Translations under genes and position numbers: made by a program
Shown: one piece after another, positions 1 through 8,796 of the stretch
How the letters are laid out: each line of letters starts with the position of its first letter
Position numbering within the stretch: position 1 is the stretch's first letter
Origin: a virus
Lineage: Duplodnaviria > Caudoviricetes
Virus record (IMG/VR): IMGVR_UViG_3300027286_000002
Length of the DNA stretch: 64,000 bases
Reading direction: 5' to 3' (one strand)
Notes under the pieces: model-generated
Told to the model about the DNA's origin: nothing
What the model saw: the letters and a program-made list of their open reading frames with translations, nothing else
Databases searched by the model: none

Positions 1-1237
1 TGTCATTAAATGCTGTTGCACCTGTTGAGGTTTCACCTGCTTCAACAAGAACAGAAGTACCCCAAACAATCTTATCATCTTTAAGAACCCATGAAACACC
101 TTCGATAAAATTAGAAGATGCACCACCTGATCCATCAGCAACAAGAGAAACAGATTCAACACTAACAACACCTGTGCTTGGAATGTAATCAAATTGATCT
201 CTAAAGCTATTAAAGTAATAAGTTACTGTTAAAGTAGCATCAGTAGCTGGAGCATCTTTCAAAGTAATGCTACCATTAGTACCATCTACACTTGCAGGTG
301 AAATTGTACTGCCATTAAGTTTAACTACAACATCAGTAATATCAGTAGTAGTAATACCACCATTAGTACCATCGACAATAGGATAATGACTTGTAAAGAA
401 AGTCTTGTTTCTTGAAGTAGCTTGATTAACGACAAGACCAAGTTTAGCATTAGCAGATCCACTACCAATAACAATAGAGCCATTAGCATTTAATTGTAAG
501 TTTTCTTGATTAAAGTTATCTGTGTATGTAGATGCCTCTAAAGAACCATAAGATCCTGAATTAATAATAGCAACTACTCTATTAAGATCATCTTCTCTAT
601 TGCCTGTTGAAACTGTTGGCAAAGAAATAGAATATTGAACACCATCTACTAAGAAAACAAAAACATTACTTAAAGCATCAAAATCAAAGCTACCATTTGA
701 GCCAATGATTTCAGCTTGAGTAGTAGTGATTTGAGATGAAATATCTTCATTCTCAATTAAAGTATCTGTTCTCTTAAAAAAATAAGAAACTAAAACAGTA
801 TCTGTGATAGCTGGTGTAGATGCAAGTTCAACAATACCTTTAGCACCATCTACACTTAAAACAACAGTAACTTGACCATTGACATAAGCAGTGACACTAG
901 AACTATCAGTAGCGACTACACCACCACCCGTACCATCAACCATAGGAAATTTTTGAACTTGCACTTTAGTTGCAGTTCCATTGAAATTACCTAAAATTGG
1001 TGTACCATCAGGATTAAATCCTAATACTGCACGACCACTCATATTTTCATTTACAATTCGTTGATCTACAGATGAAGAAGATCCACGAATCATTTGAACT
1101 CCAACAGATTGAATAGTTTCTTTACCTGCACCTAGCAATAAAGGTATTTGACCTGTGAAATTGCTAGATGGTAAAGGTGAATCAAAAACTGTTTGAGTAT
1201 ATACACCGGGCGGTGCATAGCCACCTTGAATAGCCAT
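1..1237 (-). CDS. Tail sheath protein, N-terminal part (runs off the window start; absent from the ORF track)
   Basis: Manual translation from ATG at 1237 (GGAG SD upstream): MAIQGGYAPPGVYTQTVFDSPLPSSNFTGQIPLLLGAG. The Y-x-P-P-G-V-Y start is typical of contractile sheath proteins; frame appears open to base 1. Confidence 0.75.
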   Translation of the reverse strand, partial: MAIQGGYAPPGVYTQTVFDSPLPSSNFTGQIPLLLGAGKETIQSVGVQMIRGSSSSVDQRIVNENMSGRAVLGFNPDGTPILGNFNGTATKVQVQKFPMVDGTGGGVVATDSSSVTAYVNGQVTVVLSVDGAKGIVELASTPAITDTVLVSYFFKRTDTLIENEDISSQITTTQAEIIGSNGSFDFDALSNVFVFLVDGVQYSISLPTVSTGNREDDLNRVVAIINSGSYGSLEASTYTDNFNQENLQLNANGSIVIGSGSANAKLGLVVNQATSRNKTFFTSHYPIVDGTNGGITTTDITDVVVKLNGSTISPASVDGTNGSITLKDAPATDATLTVTYYFNSFRDQFDYIPSTGVVSVESVSLVADGSGGASSNFIEGVSWVLKDDKIVWGTSVLVEAGETSTGATAFND

Positions 1238-1249
1238 AATCTTTTGCTC

Positions 1250-1675
1250 CTATTTTTGTTGGAAATTACATCCAATTTCTTTTCTGACTTGGTTTTTTAT
1301 ATCTCTTTGAGTTTCATGATAATGCTTATCCATTACATATTCATTGTCATATCCAACAACAATATCTAATGGATTGCCTTTTGTTTCTTCAAGTAGCTTT
1401 ACTTTGTCTTTATATCTCATCTTTGCAATTTCCCATTTTCTAATAGAATCTTGCATCAATACTCTTTCAAAGTTCGTATCCAAACTCTCAACACCTGTTG
1501 ATTGTGGTTTTACTTCTTCTACTTGAATTGCATTATATCCAATACTCTTTGTACCTTGTAATGCAGAAAAGGCTTCTTTTCCACAGGATGTACAAGATTG
1601 AGAATTGACATCAGTAGCTACTCTTTTACTAAAAGATAAACCACATGATCTACATTGGAATTTTAAGATAGGCAT
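1250..1675 (-). CDS. FmdB-like zinc-ribbon protein
   Basis: N-terminus MPILKFQCRSCG...CTSCG matches the MP-x-Y/F-x-CxxCG...CxxCG zinc-ribbon pattern. Confidence 0.6.
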   Translation of the reverse strand: MPILKFQCRSCGLSFSKRVATDVNSQSCTSCGKEAFSALQGTKSIGYNAIQVEEVKPQSTGVESLDTNFERVLMQDSIRKWEIAKMRYKDKVKLLEETKGNPLDIVVGYDNEYVMDKHYHETQRDIKNQVRKEIGCNFQQK

Positions 1676-1720
1676 TAAGATTACTCCTCTTTGTCTAATA
1701 ACATTGATTTAATAAATAAA

Positions 1721-2830
1721 TTATTTAAGATCTTGGATTTTATATTTCACCAAACCTGTGTAGCCTACTTGATTTTCTGCATCAGGCAATTCCTTTTCTA
1801 AACTTAATGATTTCCCATAAGACATTAATGGTTCTATCAATGGAATGTGCATAAACCAATCCACCTGCAAGGTTGTAGATACACTCGCTGTGTAAAAATA
1901 ATCATCACCATTTTCATCATACACCTCTTCTGATTCACCACCTAAACTCACTTCATTCATATTGATGCCTCTTGTAGCCAGCTGATCTTTTAATACTGCC
2001 CACATCCACACTGTTGTTCTATCAGCCAAATCTGCTTGCGAATGGACATCTCTTGCTATAATTTCTATTTCTACAGAAACATCCCATCTGCCACCATACT
2101 CTTTATAAATATCATCAGGTTCATCTAAAACAACAATCGCTTGCTGATCACCACCTCTTAACCTGCGACCAAAATAAATTAAAACCCCGGGGATAATCTT
2201 ATGATAGACTTGATCAGGTCTTACATATTTTGGCTCAATCACACCTACCTGCAATTCTGTATATGTGATCTCTATATTTAAACCATTTAATAATTCATTA
2301 GCTAATTCTATCACATCACCATTTAAAGTATAGTCTACACCTTCTACATATCGCATATATGATGGTTTCTCAATAATCCTTAAACTATTTTCCACAGGTG
2401 TACCTAACAATTGGATTTCTGTTGGACTAATAAACACAGGTTCTGTTTCTTTTACTCTTTTATATTTAGTGATGTCTATACGATAAGTTTCATATTGATC
2501 TTCTATTTGAGTAATATCTAAAATATAAATACCTTCATCTGCACGGAATTTTGGATTTTCTTTGACCCACTCAATAGATCCATATTGTAGCTTTTTTGTT
2601 TTAGCTAGATAAACATATCCTCTTACTGTTGTTAAGTAATTATCTGCACTCATCACTACATTATTTGCTCCACCTGTCTTAATCACCATGCCAAATTGTG
2701 GTCTTTGGTCAAAGCTATATTTACCTTGTATATTATTTGCCAATTCAGGATATCTAGGATGATCTGACCAATATTTTCTTAGTTCTTCTATCATGAGATT
2801 GCGAACTTCTAATGTTAAGTAATGAAACAT
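1721..2830 (-). CDS. Putative tail terminator/tail completion protein
   Basis: 369-aa ORF just upstream of the sheath operon, with a beta-rich C-terminal segment (YFYTASVSTTLQVDWFMHIP). Assigned by position and general similarity only. Confidence 0.45.
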   Translation of the reverse strand: MFHYLTLEVRNLMIEELRKYWSDHPRYPELANNIQGKYSFDQRPQFGMVIKTGGANNVVMSADNYLTTVRGYVYLAKTKKLQYGSIEWVKENPKFRADEGIYILDITQIEDQYETYRIDITKYKRVKETEPVFISPTEIQLLGTPVENSLRIIEKPSYMRYVEGVDYTLNGDVIELANELLNGLNIEITYTELQVGVIEPKYVRPDQVYHKIIPGVLIYFGRRLRGGDQQAIVVLDEPDDIYKEYGGRWDVSVEIEIIARDVHSQADLADRTTVWMWAVLKDQLATRGINMNEVSLGGESEEVYDENGDDYFYTASVSTTLQVDWFMHIPLIEPLMSYGKSLSLEKELPDAENQVGYTGLVKYKIQDLK

Positions 2831-2867
2831 TTCTTATTTGCTCCTTTTAAAGATACTTTTAATAACT

Positions 2868-3452
2868 TCATCTATTATCTTGTCTACCATTTTTATTATT
2901 ACTCCTTGTAGTCATTGCTTTAAATCTAGCTTGTTTTCTTTTAGCTTGTAGCATTATCTTTTTACGATCAAGCATTTCTTGACCTGTCATTTTCTCATAA
3001 GCTAGAATAGCAGTAGCTTGCATGACTGCACGATCTATTGCTTTTTCTATCCAAGAGTATTTTACAATCGCTGGATGAATCCATGACTTATCTGTTACTA
3101 ATGGTAGTGTTCTAAATTCTATTTCACCTTGTTTATTTTTTACAGGTATTGCTTGTCTTGGTCTATTTCTATCTGTCTTTAACCATGTCATTGGATATGC
3201 AGGCTTATTTTTTAAATGGTATTTGATATGTTGCCATGTAGAATATAAAACTATATCACCATTCTCTTTTATTGTTGTACCGAATGAGTAAATAAATTCT
3301 TGTGTTTTAGGTACTGCATCAAATATTTGACCTGCTCTTTTTGCCTCTTCCCTTACTTCATTTAAGATCATTTCTGCAATAAATTTTATTTCTTTTTTAG
3401 TCTTGTCTTTTAAAGGCTGTCTAAAGACAAATTGCTTTTTTAATCTATCCAT
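2868..3452 (-). CDS. Putative neck/tail-completion protein (HK97 gp10-like)
   Basis: Basic 194-aa protein ending WIHPAIVKYSWIEKAIDRA in the neck gene cluster. Confidence 0.35.
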   Translation of the reverse strand: MDRLKKQFVFRQPLKDKTKKEIKFIAEMILNEVREEAKRAGQIFDAVPKTQEFIYSFGTTIKENGDIVLYSTWQHIKYHLKNKPAYPMTWLKTDRNRPRQAIPVKNKQGEIEFRTLPLVTDKSWIHPAIVKYSWIEKAIDRAVMQATAILAYEKMTGQEMLDRKKIMLQAKRKQARFKAMTTRSNNKNGRQDNR

Positions 3453-3458
3453 TTTCTC

Positions 3459-3494
3459 AATCCTTTTATATAAGCAATCCGATATAAAAGGATT
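3459..3494 (-). promoter_or_regulatory. Perfect 13-bp inverted repeat sequestering the SD of 2868..3452
   Basis: AATCCTTTTATAT-N10-ATATAAAAGGATT; on the minus strand the 3' arm carries AAAGGA just before the ATG. Confidence 0.7.
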
Positions 3495-3500
3495 ATGACC

Positions 3501-3653
3501 TTATGGTTCAAAAGACTCTGCATCCCAATATGCTTCATCTTCTGTACCATAACCTTCAAGTTCAATTTCATAGATGATGTGTCCATCTTCTGAAAAGGTT
3601 ACGATTGCTGTCCAAGTGGTTTCATTTTGGTAGGTTTGAATATGCTTTTCCAT
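3501..3653 (-). CDS. Small acidic hypothetical protein (50 aa; start revised from ORF track)
   Basis: ATG at 3653 with AAAGGA SD and C/A-rich leader; MEKHIQTYQNETTW... Confidence 0.55.
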   Translation of the reverse strand: MEKHIQTYQNETTWTAIVTFSEDGHIIYEIELEGYGTEDEAYWDAESFEP

Positions 3654-3684
3654 ATTAAAAAATCCTTTTTGTTGTTGTTGTATA

Positions 3685-3719
3685 TATGTAAACCAAAACC
3701 ATATAAATTTATTGCATAT
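3685..3719 (-). promoter_or_regulatory. Degenerate copy of the conserved promoter-like motif
   Basis: Minus strand reads ATATGCAATA-N12-TTTGGTT-TACATA followed by a caacaacaac leader like other copies. Confidence 0.45.
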
Positions 3720-3774
3720 TGATAATCTTTTTATATGTTTTTTTATTTTGATTATAAACAAAAGGATAAACATT

Positions 3775-4593
3775 ATGTTTAATTATAAACTATCATTCAT
3801 TCGTTCTCGTCTTGCTAATTTAAAGAAAGCAAATACGATTAGACCATTTTTTATTGATAACTCTTTTGGTAGATCCTATAGAGATGATTCAAGAAGTCTT
3901 TTGCCATCTGTACCTTTAGGTACAACATGGGGTAATCTTTTTTGGACTTTGGAAGATCTACTTGAAGCTAAGAATATTCGTAATGTTGAAGTAGTGGAAT
4001 TTGATCCAACTCAGACAGGTGATTTAAGAAAATTTTCTATCTCAGCTGAATTAGGTTTATATGTTTCACCTACAGAAGAGGGTAGAAGATTAAGAGGTTT
4101 TGAGCGAGTAACATATAACTGTCCACCAAGTAAATGTGTTTGGATTGATGGCAAACCTAAAATTACTGCACACTTAAAAAATTTCTTTTTAAAATACTTT
4201 AAAGAGCTTGTTTTTATGCCTAGAAAAAATTCCTCTCAAATACCTACTTGCACCATTACTAATTATAGAGATGCTACTTTTGAAGTAGTTGAAGATCCTA
4301 ATTTTCATATGGTTGGTGTTGCCATGAAAATTACAATGGACATTGTGGCTGATTTTTCAGGAATTAGAGAATCTTTCACACCTGCATCAGATGATGAAAA
4401 ACAGTTAAATGTTAGAGAATTACAATTGTTAAGCGATAAAGAGTTTGATGCTGTGTTGGAAGATTTTAAAAGAAATCCACCTAAAAATATTTCTAAGAAA
4501 ACTAGAAATTTCTTTATGCTTGTAAGAGAATACAAAAATAGATATCCAAATATTAGAGATGTTGAGTTCTTGGTTAGACCATACCTTTCCTAA
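3775..4593 (+). CDS. Hypothetical protein with basic RLANLKKA leader (possible head-internal protein)
   Basis: Start revised to ATG 3775 with AAAGGA SD: MFNYKLSFIRSRLANLKKANT... Confidence 0.6.
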   Translation: MFNYKLSFIRSRLANLKKANTIRPFFIDNSFGRSYRDDSRSLLPSVPLGTTWGNLFWTLEDLLEAKNIRNVEVVEFDPTQTGDLRKFSISAELGLYVSPTEEGRRLRGFERVTYNCPPSKCVWIDGKPKITAHLKNFFLKYFKELVFMPRKNSSQIPTCTITNYRDATFEVVEDPNFHMVGVAMKITMDIVADFSGIRESFTPASDDEKQLNVRELQLLSDKEFDAVLEDFKRNPPKNISKKTRNFFMLVREYKNRYPNIRDVEFLVRPYLS

Positions 4594-4600
4594 ACTAAAT

Positions 4601-4921
4601 TTACATTTCTCTTCTGATCCATCTTAAGATGCTTTCCATTTCACTCATCAATAAATCTTCATTTTCTTCATCACTGCGAATATCCCATTTTTCAACTTGT
4701 TGTGTTGTTGTTTCAATATAATCATCTGCATCATCATCCCAATCTTCAACTGTGTTTGTGATTTCCACATAGACAGTTTCTTCATGTCTGTTATATTCTA
4801 CAGAACAGTGACTTTGACTACCATCAACATCAAATGATGTTGAGTTATGTTCTGATAGAGAATACATCATGCCAAGTTGCCATGATAACCATTCCATTGC
4901 TTTAATAAGTTCGCTACTCAT
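4601..4921 (-). CDS. Small acidic hypothetical protein
   Basis: ATG at 4921 with AAGGA SD (the ORF track uses an upstream TTG); downstream of a promoter motif copy. Confidence 0.6.
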   Translation of the reverse strand: MSSELIKAMEWLSWQLGMMYSLSEHNSTSFDVDGSQSHCSVEYNRHEETVYVEITNTVEDWDDDADDYIETTTQQVEKWDIRSDEENEDLLMSEMESILRWIRREM

Positions 4922-4971
4922 TTGCTTTTTCCTTTTTTTAAAGTGTTTTGTAATCAATCATTTCTTACATA

Positions 4972-5008
4972 TATATAACACTTGTCTATTAGCTTTCATT
5001 GCAAGTTC
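4972..5008 (-). promoter_or_regulatory. Conserved promoter-like motif copy
   Basis: GAACTTGCAATG-N13-AAGTGT-TATATA on the minus strand. Confidence 0.7.
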
Positions 5009-5071
5009 AATAAGCTATTTATAAAAATGTTTTAATAGAAAAACATTCTTAAACACAAAGGATTATATATC

Positions 5072-5566
5072 ATGTTAAGAAGAAATAAACTTGCATCTCT
5101 TAAAGTTCGCTTGGCTAGTTTAAATACCAAAAAAGCATATTGGGGTGATGATGATGATGATGATGTTGGTGCTTTTTTTATTATGCCACATCTTGAAATG
5201 ATCCATAAACACCTTGAACATTTTGTAGAAAGATATGCTCATGATCGATATCGTTATCATAGAGCATATCCTTCAGGTACATTTGATGTTATTGTATATG
5301 ATGAACACACAGGTGAACACAACAAAGAATTAGTAACAGTAAAATTCCATCTTTCCCAAAAAGAAGAAGATGAAATTTTAATTCAGTACTCTGCTTATAT
5401 TGATGATGGTCAATTCAATTTTGACGATAGTTTAGAAGCTGATGATGTTGTTAGAGAATCAGAAGGTCCCATCCAAATTGCTATTCATGAAAGTATAGAA
5501 CATTTTGTAGAATATACACTTGATCATTGGCTACATCAATTTCATTTGACTGTGCATGAAGATTAA
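5072..5566 (+). CDS. Hypothetical acidic protein with KLASLKVRLASLNTKKA leader
   Basis: 164-aa ORF with AAAGGA SD; basic leader followed by a poly-Asp stretch and an acidic body. Confidence 0.65.
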   Translation: MLRRNKLASLKVRLASLNTKKAYWGDDDDDDVGAFFIMPHLEMIHKHLEHFVERYAHDRYRYHRAYPSGTFDVIVYDEHTGEHNKELVTVKFHLSQKEEDEILIQYSAYIDDGQFNFDDSLEADDVVRESEGPIQIAIHESIEHFVEYTLDHWLHQFHLTVHED

Positions 5567-5568
5567 TC

Positions 5569-6936
5569 TCATCCTCCATGATTGTGATTTTCCCATACTG
5601 CTGTCCTGCCTCTTAATTCATGATTTGCAGATACACTATCTTTCTCACTCATCATTGGTATCGCTGAATCAGGCTGTGTTGAATATGGTGCATCATTTCT
5701 AGCTGAATATGTATCTCTAATTGTTTGATATGTGTATTTTGTCTTATGCCATAACACAGGCACACCATCCATAGGTACTGAATATCTAATATCTGCTGGC
5801 TCAAAATATCCCAAATTAAAATGCTGTTGTAATACATTTCCTCTTGCATTTGGTCTTCTTACCGGTCCTATTGAATACCTGTCATTATTTTGCTTAACTA
5901 TAAAATCCCTTTGAGATACAATAGGTGAGGGTCCAATATACACTTCATATGAATGCTCTTTTTTCCTACCTTGAGTTGCTTGACTTATTCTTCTTTCTGC
6001 ATCATCAGGTGCAACAATAATATCATAGGGTCCATCATATCCACCTATTAATCCTGTGCCAAAGCACCTAATACATCTTGAATCAGGTTGCTTTCCATAT
6101 TCTAATGTAAACCTATTAAATGCTCCACACTCGCATGGCTGTCCTACTACTTTCTTTAAGAATAATCTTACTCGTTCACCACCTTGCTCTAATGCCCATT
6201 GATTTCTTCTCACACCTTCCCTCCACATCCAATCTACTTTCTCAATCTCAATATCACTAAATGGCTGTGTATAATCTAATGGACTTTCATGCAATGCACT
6301 TGTTAATGGATCTTCTGCCACTGTTGTTACTCTATAATATGTCTTTTTATCTATAATAGAACTAATTATGCCTTCAGGTAAATAAGATAAATAAGAACAA
6401 GTAACAACACTTGTATTCGGATCAAAGGCAAGCTGGATGTCATTCATTAAAGTAATAACATTTGTGGTTGCACCTTGTCTTAATACAATATCACCTGTTT
6501 GACCAAAGACACTAGCAGGATATGCTACTTGTCCATCTATTTTAACAACCACATCTCTATATGAAGTAGAAGGCTCAATCGCACTGCCTATTCTAGCTAT
6601 TGGTCTAGCTGTTCTAAAACGATATGAACCATCTGCATTACTGCCTTTGCTTATCCAATTTGTAATCACTTCATCATAGATCATTTCTGTGATATTTGTA
6701 TCTCTATAAAAGGTAGCAGATATAGGCTGTTGATTTATTCTTTGGTAAGGTCCCCGATCTGATGTATTTGATCTATATATATTAACACCACGAATGATCC
6801 AGCCTTCATTTTCATGAATGAAAGAAGGACTATCCCATCTTAAATCTATTGCACCTTTAAGAAAAGGTGAATTAGCTGATGTGTTTCTAGGTGGCATAGG
6901 ATAAGGTGATCTTGAATATTCCCAACCTGCTGGCAT
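5569..6936 (-). CDS. Putative head-closure/neck protein with N-terminal FN3-like and Zn-binding segments
   Basis: IDLRWD...GVNIYRS...PYQRIN resembles FN3; CECG...CIRCFGTGLIGGY resembles a neck-protein Zn motif. Confidence 0.5.
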   Translation of the reverse strand: MPAGWEYSRSPYPMPPRNTSANSPFLKGAIDLRWDSPSFIHENEGWIIRGVNIYRSNTSDRGPYQRINQQPISATFYRDTNITEMIYDEVITNWISKGSNADGSYRFRTARPIARIGSAIEPSTSYRDVVVKIDGQVAYPASVFGQTGDIVLRQGATTNVITLMNDIQLAFDPNTSVVTCSYLSYLPEGIISSIIDKKTYYRVTTVAEDPLTSALHESPLDYTQPFSDIEIEKVDWMWREGVRRNQWALEQGGERVRLFLKKVVGQPCECGAFNRFTLEYGKQPDSRCIRCFGTGLIGGYDGPYDIIVAPDDAERRISQATQGRKKEHSYEVYIGPSPIVSQRDFIVKQNNDRYSIGPVRRPNARGNVLQQHFNLGYFEPADIRYSVPMDGVPVLWHKTKYTYQTIRDTYSARNDAPYSTQPDSAIPMMSEKDSVSANHELRGRTAVWENHNHGG

Positions 6937-6943
6937 GATATGT

Positions 6944-6972
6944 ATCCTTTATTTAGAGCATATATAAAGGAT
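6944..6972 (-). promoter_or_regulatory. Perfect 9-bp inverted repeat sequestering the SD of 5569..6936
   Basis: ATCCTTTAT-N11-ATAAAGGAT; the 3' arm on the minus strand contains AAAGGA, and the arm ends 7 nt before the ATG. Confidence 0.65.
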
Positions 6973-6987
6973 TTAGATATAAATATT

Positions 6988-7413
6988 TTATTCGTTAGCC
7001 ATCTCAAATAAGATTTGATCTGCAAGACCATCTTCTAAGGTTTTTTGTTTTAAGACAAGCTGTCTATATAAGACATCAAAGATGTAGTGTTTATTGTAAG
7101 AGATGTCTTGTTTTCCTAATAAGTTTTTTCTTAATTCAGATAGAAAAATAAAACACCATGATTGAAATGTACTAGGTGTATCAAGATTTGACTGCATCAA
7201 ATCTGTTATTGTATAAAAGTTAAGTTCTATTGTGATCTGTGGTGGATGAAAGACACGATTTAAAAGGTATTCAAATAAATGAATTTCAGTTTGATCTAAA
7301 AACTTGCCTGCTAGAACACGATTTAATAAATGCTCAACTTTATTTTTAGTCCATATAGAAGTACTGCATATCAAAATAGATTTTGCATTATTGATAAAGG
7401 ACTGTATATCCAT
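6988..7413 (-). CDS. Hypothetical protein, paralog of 7415..7852
   Basis: Shares FxNNAKxxxxxxTxxWTK and a Gk-x-L helical repeat with its neighbour. Confidence 0.65.
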   Translation of the reverse strand: MDIQSFINNAKSILICSTSIWTKNKVEHLLNRVLAGKFLDQTEIHLFEYLLNRVFHPPQITIELNFYTITDLMQSNLDTPSTFQSWCFIFLSELRKNLLGKQDISYNKHYIFDVLYRQLVLKQKTLEDGLADQILFEMANE

Positions 7414-7414
7414 A

Positions 7415-7852
7415 TTAATTTATATCATCCAAAGAAACCCAAGATTCAAAATCAATACCTTCAACATCTTCATCCTGTTCTACTTTTTTAGGTTTAATTT
7501 TCAAAACTAATCTGTCATATTTGCTTTGAAAACAATCTTTTTGTTTTTCTGTTAATGCTTTGCCTGCTTTCATTTGTTTTTCTAAACTTTCTAAGAAACC
7601 TAATAACCATTCGGATTTGGTCTTTTTTCTTAAAGTTTCAAGTTTAGTAACAAATTCAGGATCAATCTCTACAGGTGCAGGTGGATTTAAGACTGCATCT
7701 AATTTTGCATTAAAAATAGTCATTTGTTTTTCAGATAATGTTCTACCTGAGTTCACTTGCTCAATAAGAGAACTTACGAAACCTTTAGTCCATTCATCTG
7801 TGGTGATCATGATTAATGCTTTTGCATTGTTTAAAAAGGCTTGGTCTGCCAT
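7415..7852 (-). CDS. Hypothetical protein with an internally duplicated W..F..SL..Q...G+.LS/TEKQ module
   Basis: EWTKGFVSSLIEQVNSGRTLSEKQ and EWLLGFLESLEKQMKAGKALTEKQ; GGAG SD. Confidence 0.75.
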   Translation of the reverse strand: MADQAFLNNAKALIMITTDEWTKGFVSSLIEQVNSGRTLSEKQMTIFNAKLDAVLNPPAPVEIDPEFVTKLETLRKKTKSEWLLGFLESLEKQMKAGKALTEKQKDCFQSKYDRLVLKIKPKKVEQDEDVEGIDFESWVSLDDIN

Positions 7853-7883
7853 TTTTTTACTCCTATGGTTGGTTTGTTGATAC

Positions 7884-7920
7884 TACCTAAACACTTGCTC
7901 TAAAGGTTTATTGCAAGTTC
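7884..7920 (-). promoter_or_regulatory. Conserved promoter-like motif copy
   Basis: GAACTTGCAATA-N12-AAGTGTT-TAGGTA on the minus strand. Confidence 0.75.
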
Positions 7921-7928
7921 ACTTATAT

Positions 7929-8069
7929 TTATTGGTGCTTTAAAAGTTTTGTCTTTAAAGCAGTCAAGGTTTTTATGCTGAGTTTGTTTTTAACTAGAAC
8001 CAATTCAACTTCCATTCGGATTTGAGAATTTTTACAAGTATATAACAAACGATATACTTCGTTTAACAT
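7929..8069 (-). CDS. 46-aa hypothetical protein (absent from the ORF track)
   Basis: MLNEVYRLLYTCKNSQIRMEVELVLVKNKLSIKTLTALKTKLLKHQ; its ATG overlaps the stop of 8069..8359 (TAATG) and it fills the intergenic gap. Confidence 0.55.
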   Translation of the reverse strand: MLNEVYRLLYTCKNSQIRMEVELVLVKNKLSIKTLTALKTKLLKHQ

Positions 8070-8359
8070 TACCATCCCTTCTTGCTCAACAAAAATTTGA
8101 GTTTTGGTTTTACTGAATCAGGATCAGTCTGGTCAATGTAGAAAGTCCTAGACTTTGTAAAGTCACCATTTATTTGAATGACTTGCACAAGGATATAGGT
8201 TTTACCTTTTTGGATTTGTTTCATCCCATGTATGTGGATTTTGGTATTAACATCCAAGTGAATGTCAATACTGCCATTCTGCAAAATATCAGATTTGATA
8301 TCTGCATAGACAGAAGAAAGAGTAGAGATGATGGATTGATTTAAAATTTGAGTTAACAT
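8069..8359 (-). CDS. Hypothetical protein
   Basis: 96-aa ORF with AAGGAG SD. Confidence 0.65.
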   Translation of the reverse strand: MLTQILNQSIISTLSSVYADIKSDILQNGSIDIHLDVNTKIHIHGMKQIQKGKTYILVQVIQINGDFTKSRTFYIDQTDPDSVKPKLKFLLSKKGW

Positions 8360-8370
8360 AGTAATACTCC

Positions 8371-8664
8371 TTATTTGATGTTTTTTGGTAAAAGTTTGGT
8401 GATGACTTTTTGACTATCTTCTGATTTGCAGGACTCAAATCTATCTTCGATTTGAATGCCATCTTTATCATAGATAGATAAAGTAAAGGTGCAGATTGCT
8501 TTATTTACAGGTGTTCTGTAAATAAGATTTACTCTTGTTTGGTCTTTGTGTTTACCTGTGTACTCACAAGTAAAGATATAACCATCGAAACTACACACGG
8601 ATGTGATTTCGAGGTTGCTGTATTTAGTAGAGATGATTTGGTTTAGTGTAGAAAAGTGGATCAT
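8371..8664 (-). CDS. Hypothetical protein
   Basis: 97-aa ORF with AAAGGA SD, directly downstream of a promoter motif copy. Confidence 0.65.
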   Translation of the reverse strand: MIHFSTLNQIISTKYSNLEITSVCSFDGYIFTCEYTGKHKDQTRVNLIYRTPVNKAICTFTLSIYDKDGIQIEDRFESCKSEDSQKVITKLLPKNIK

Positions 8665-8693
8665 TTTTTTTATCCTTTGGTTTGTTGTTGTAA

Positions 8694-8730
8694 TAGATAA
8701 ACACTTAAGATTAAAACTTATTGCAAGTTC
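8694..8730 (-). promoter_or_regulatory. Conserved promoter-like motif copy
   Basis: GAACTTGCAATA-N12-AAGTGTT-TATCTA on the minus strand. Confidence 0.75.
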
Positions 8731-8796
8731 ATTAAATTTTTTATTTTAAATATAAATGTTCTTTGTAGCTAAACTTATTATGTGAAAGGCATACAG

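Noticed and set aside
5144-5163. (GAT)n trinucleotide run encoding poly-Asp
   Set aside because: A short in-frame low-complexity tract with no evidence of phase variation; covered under the leader-motif finding.
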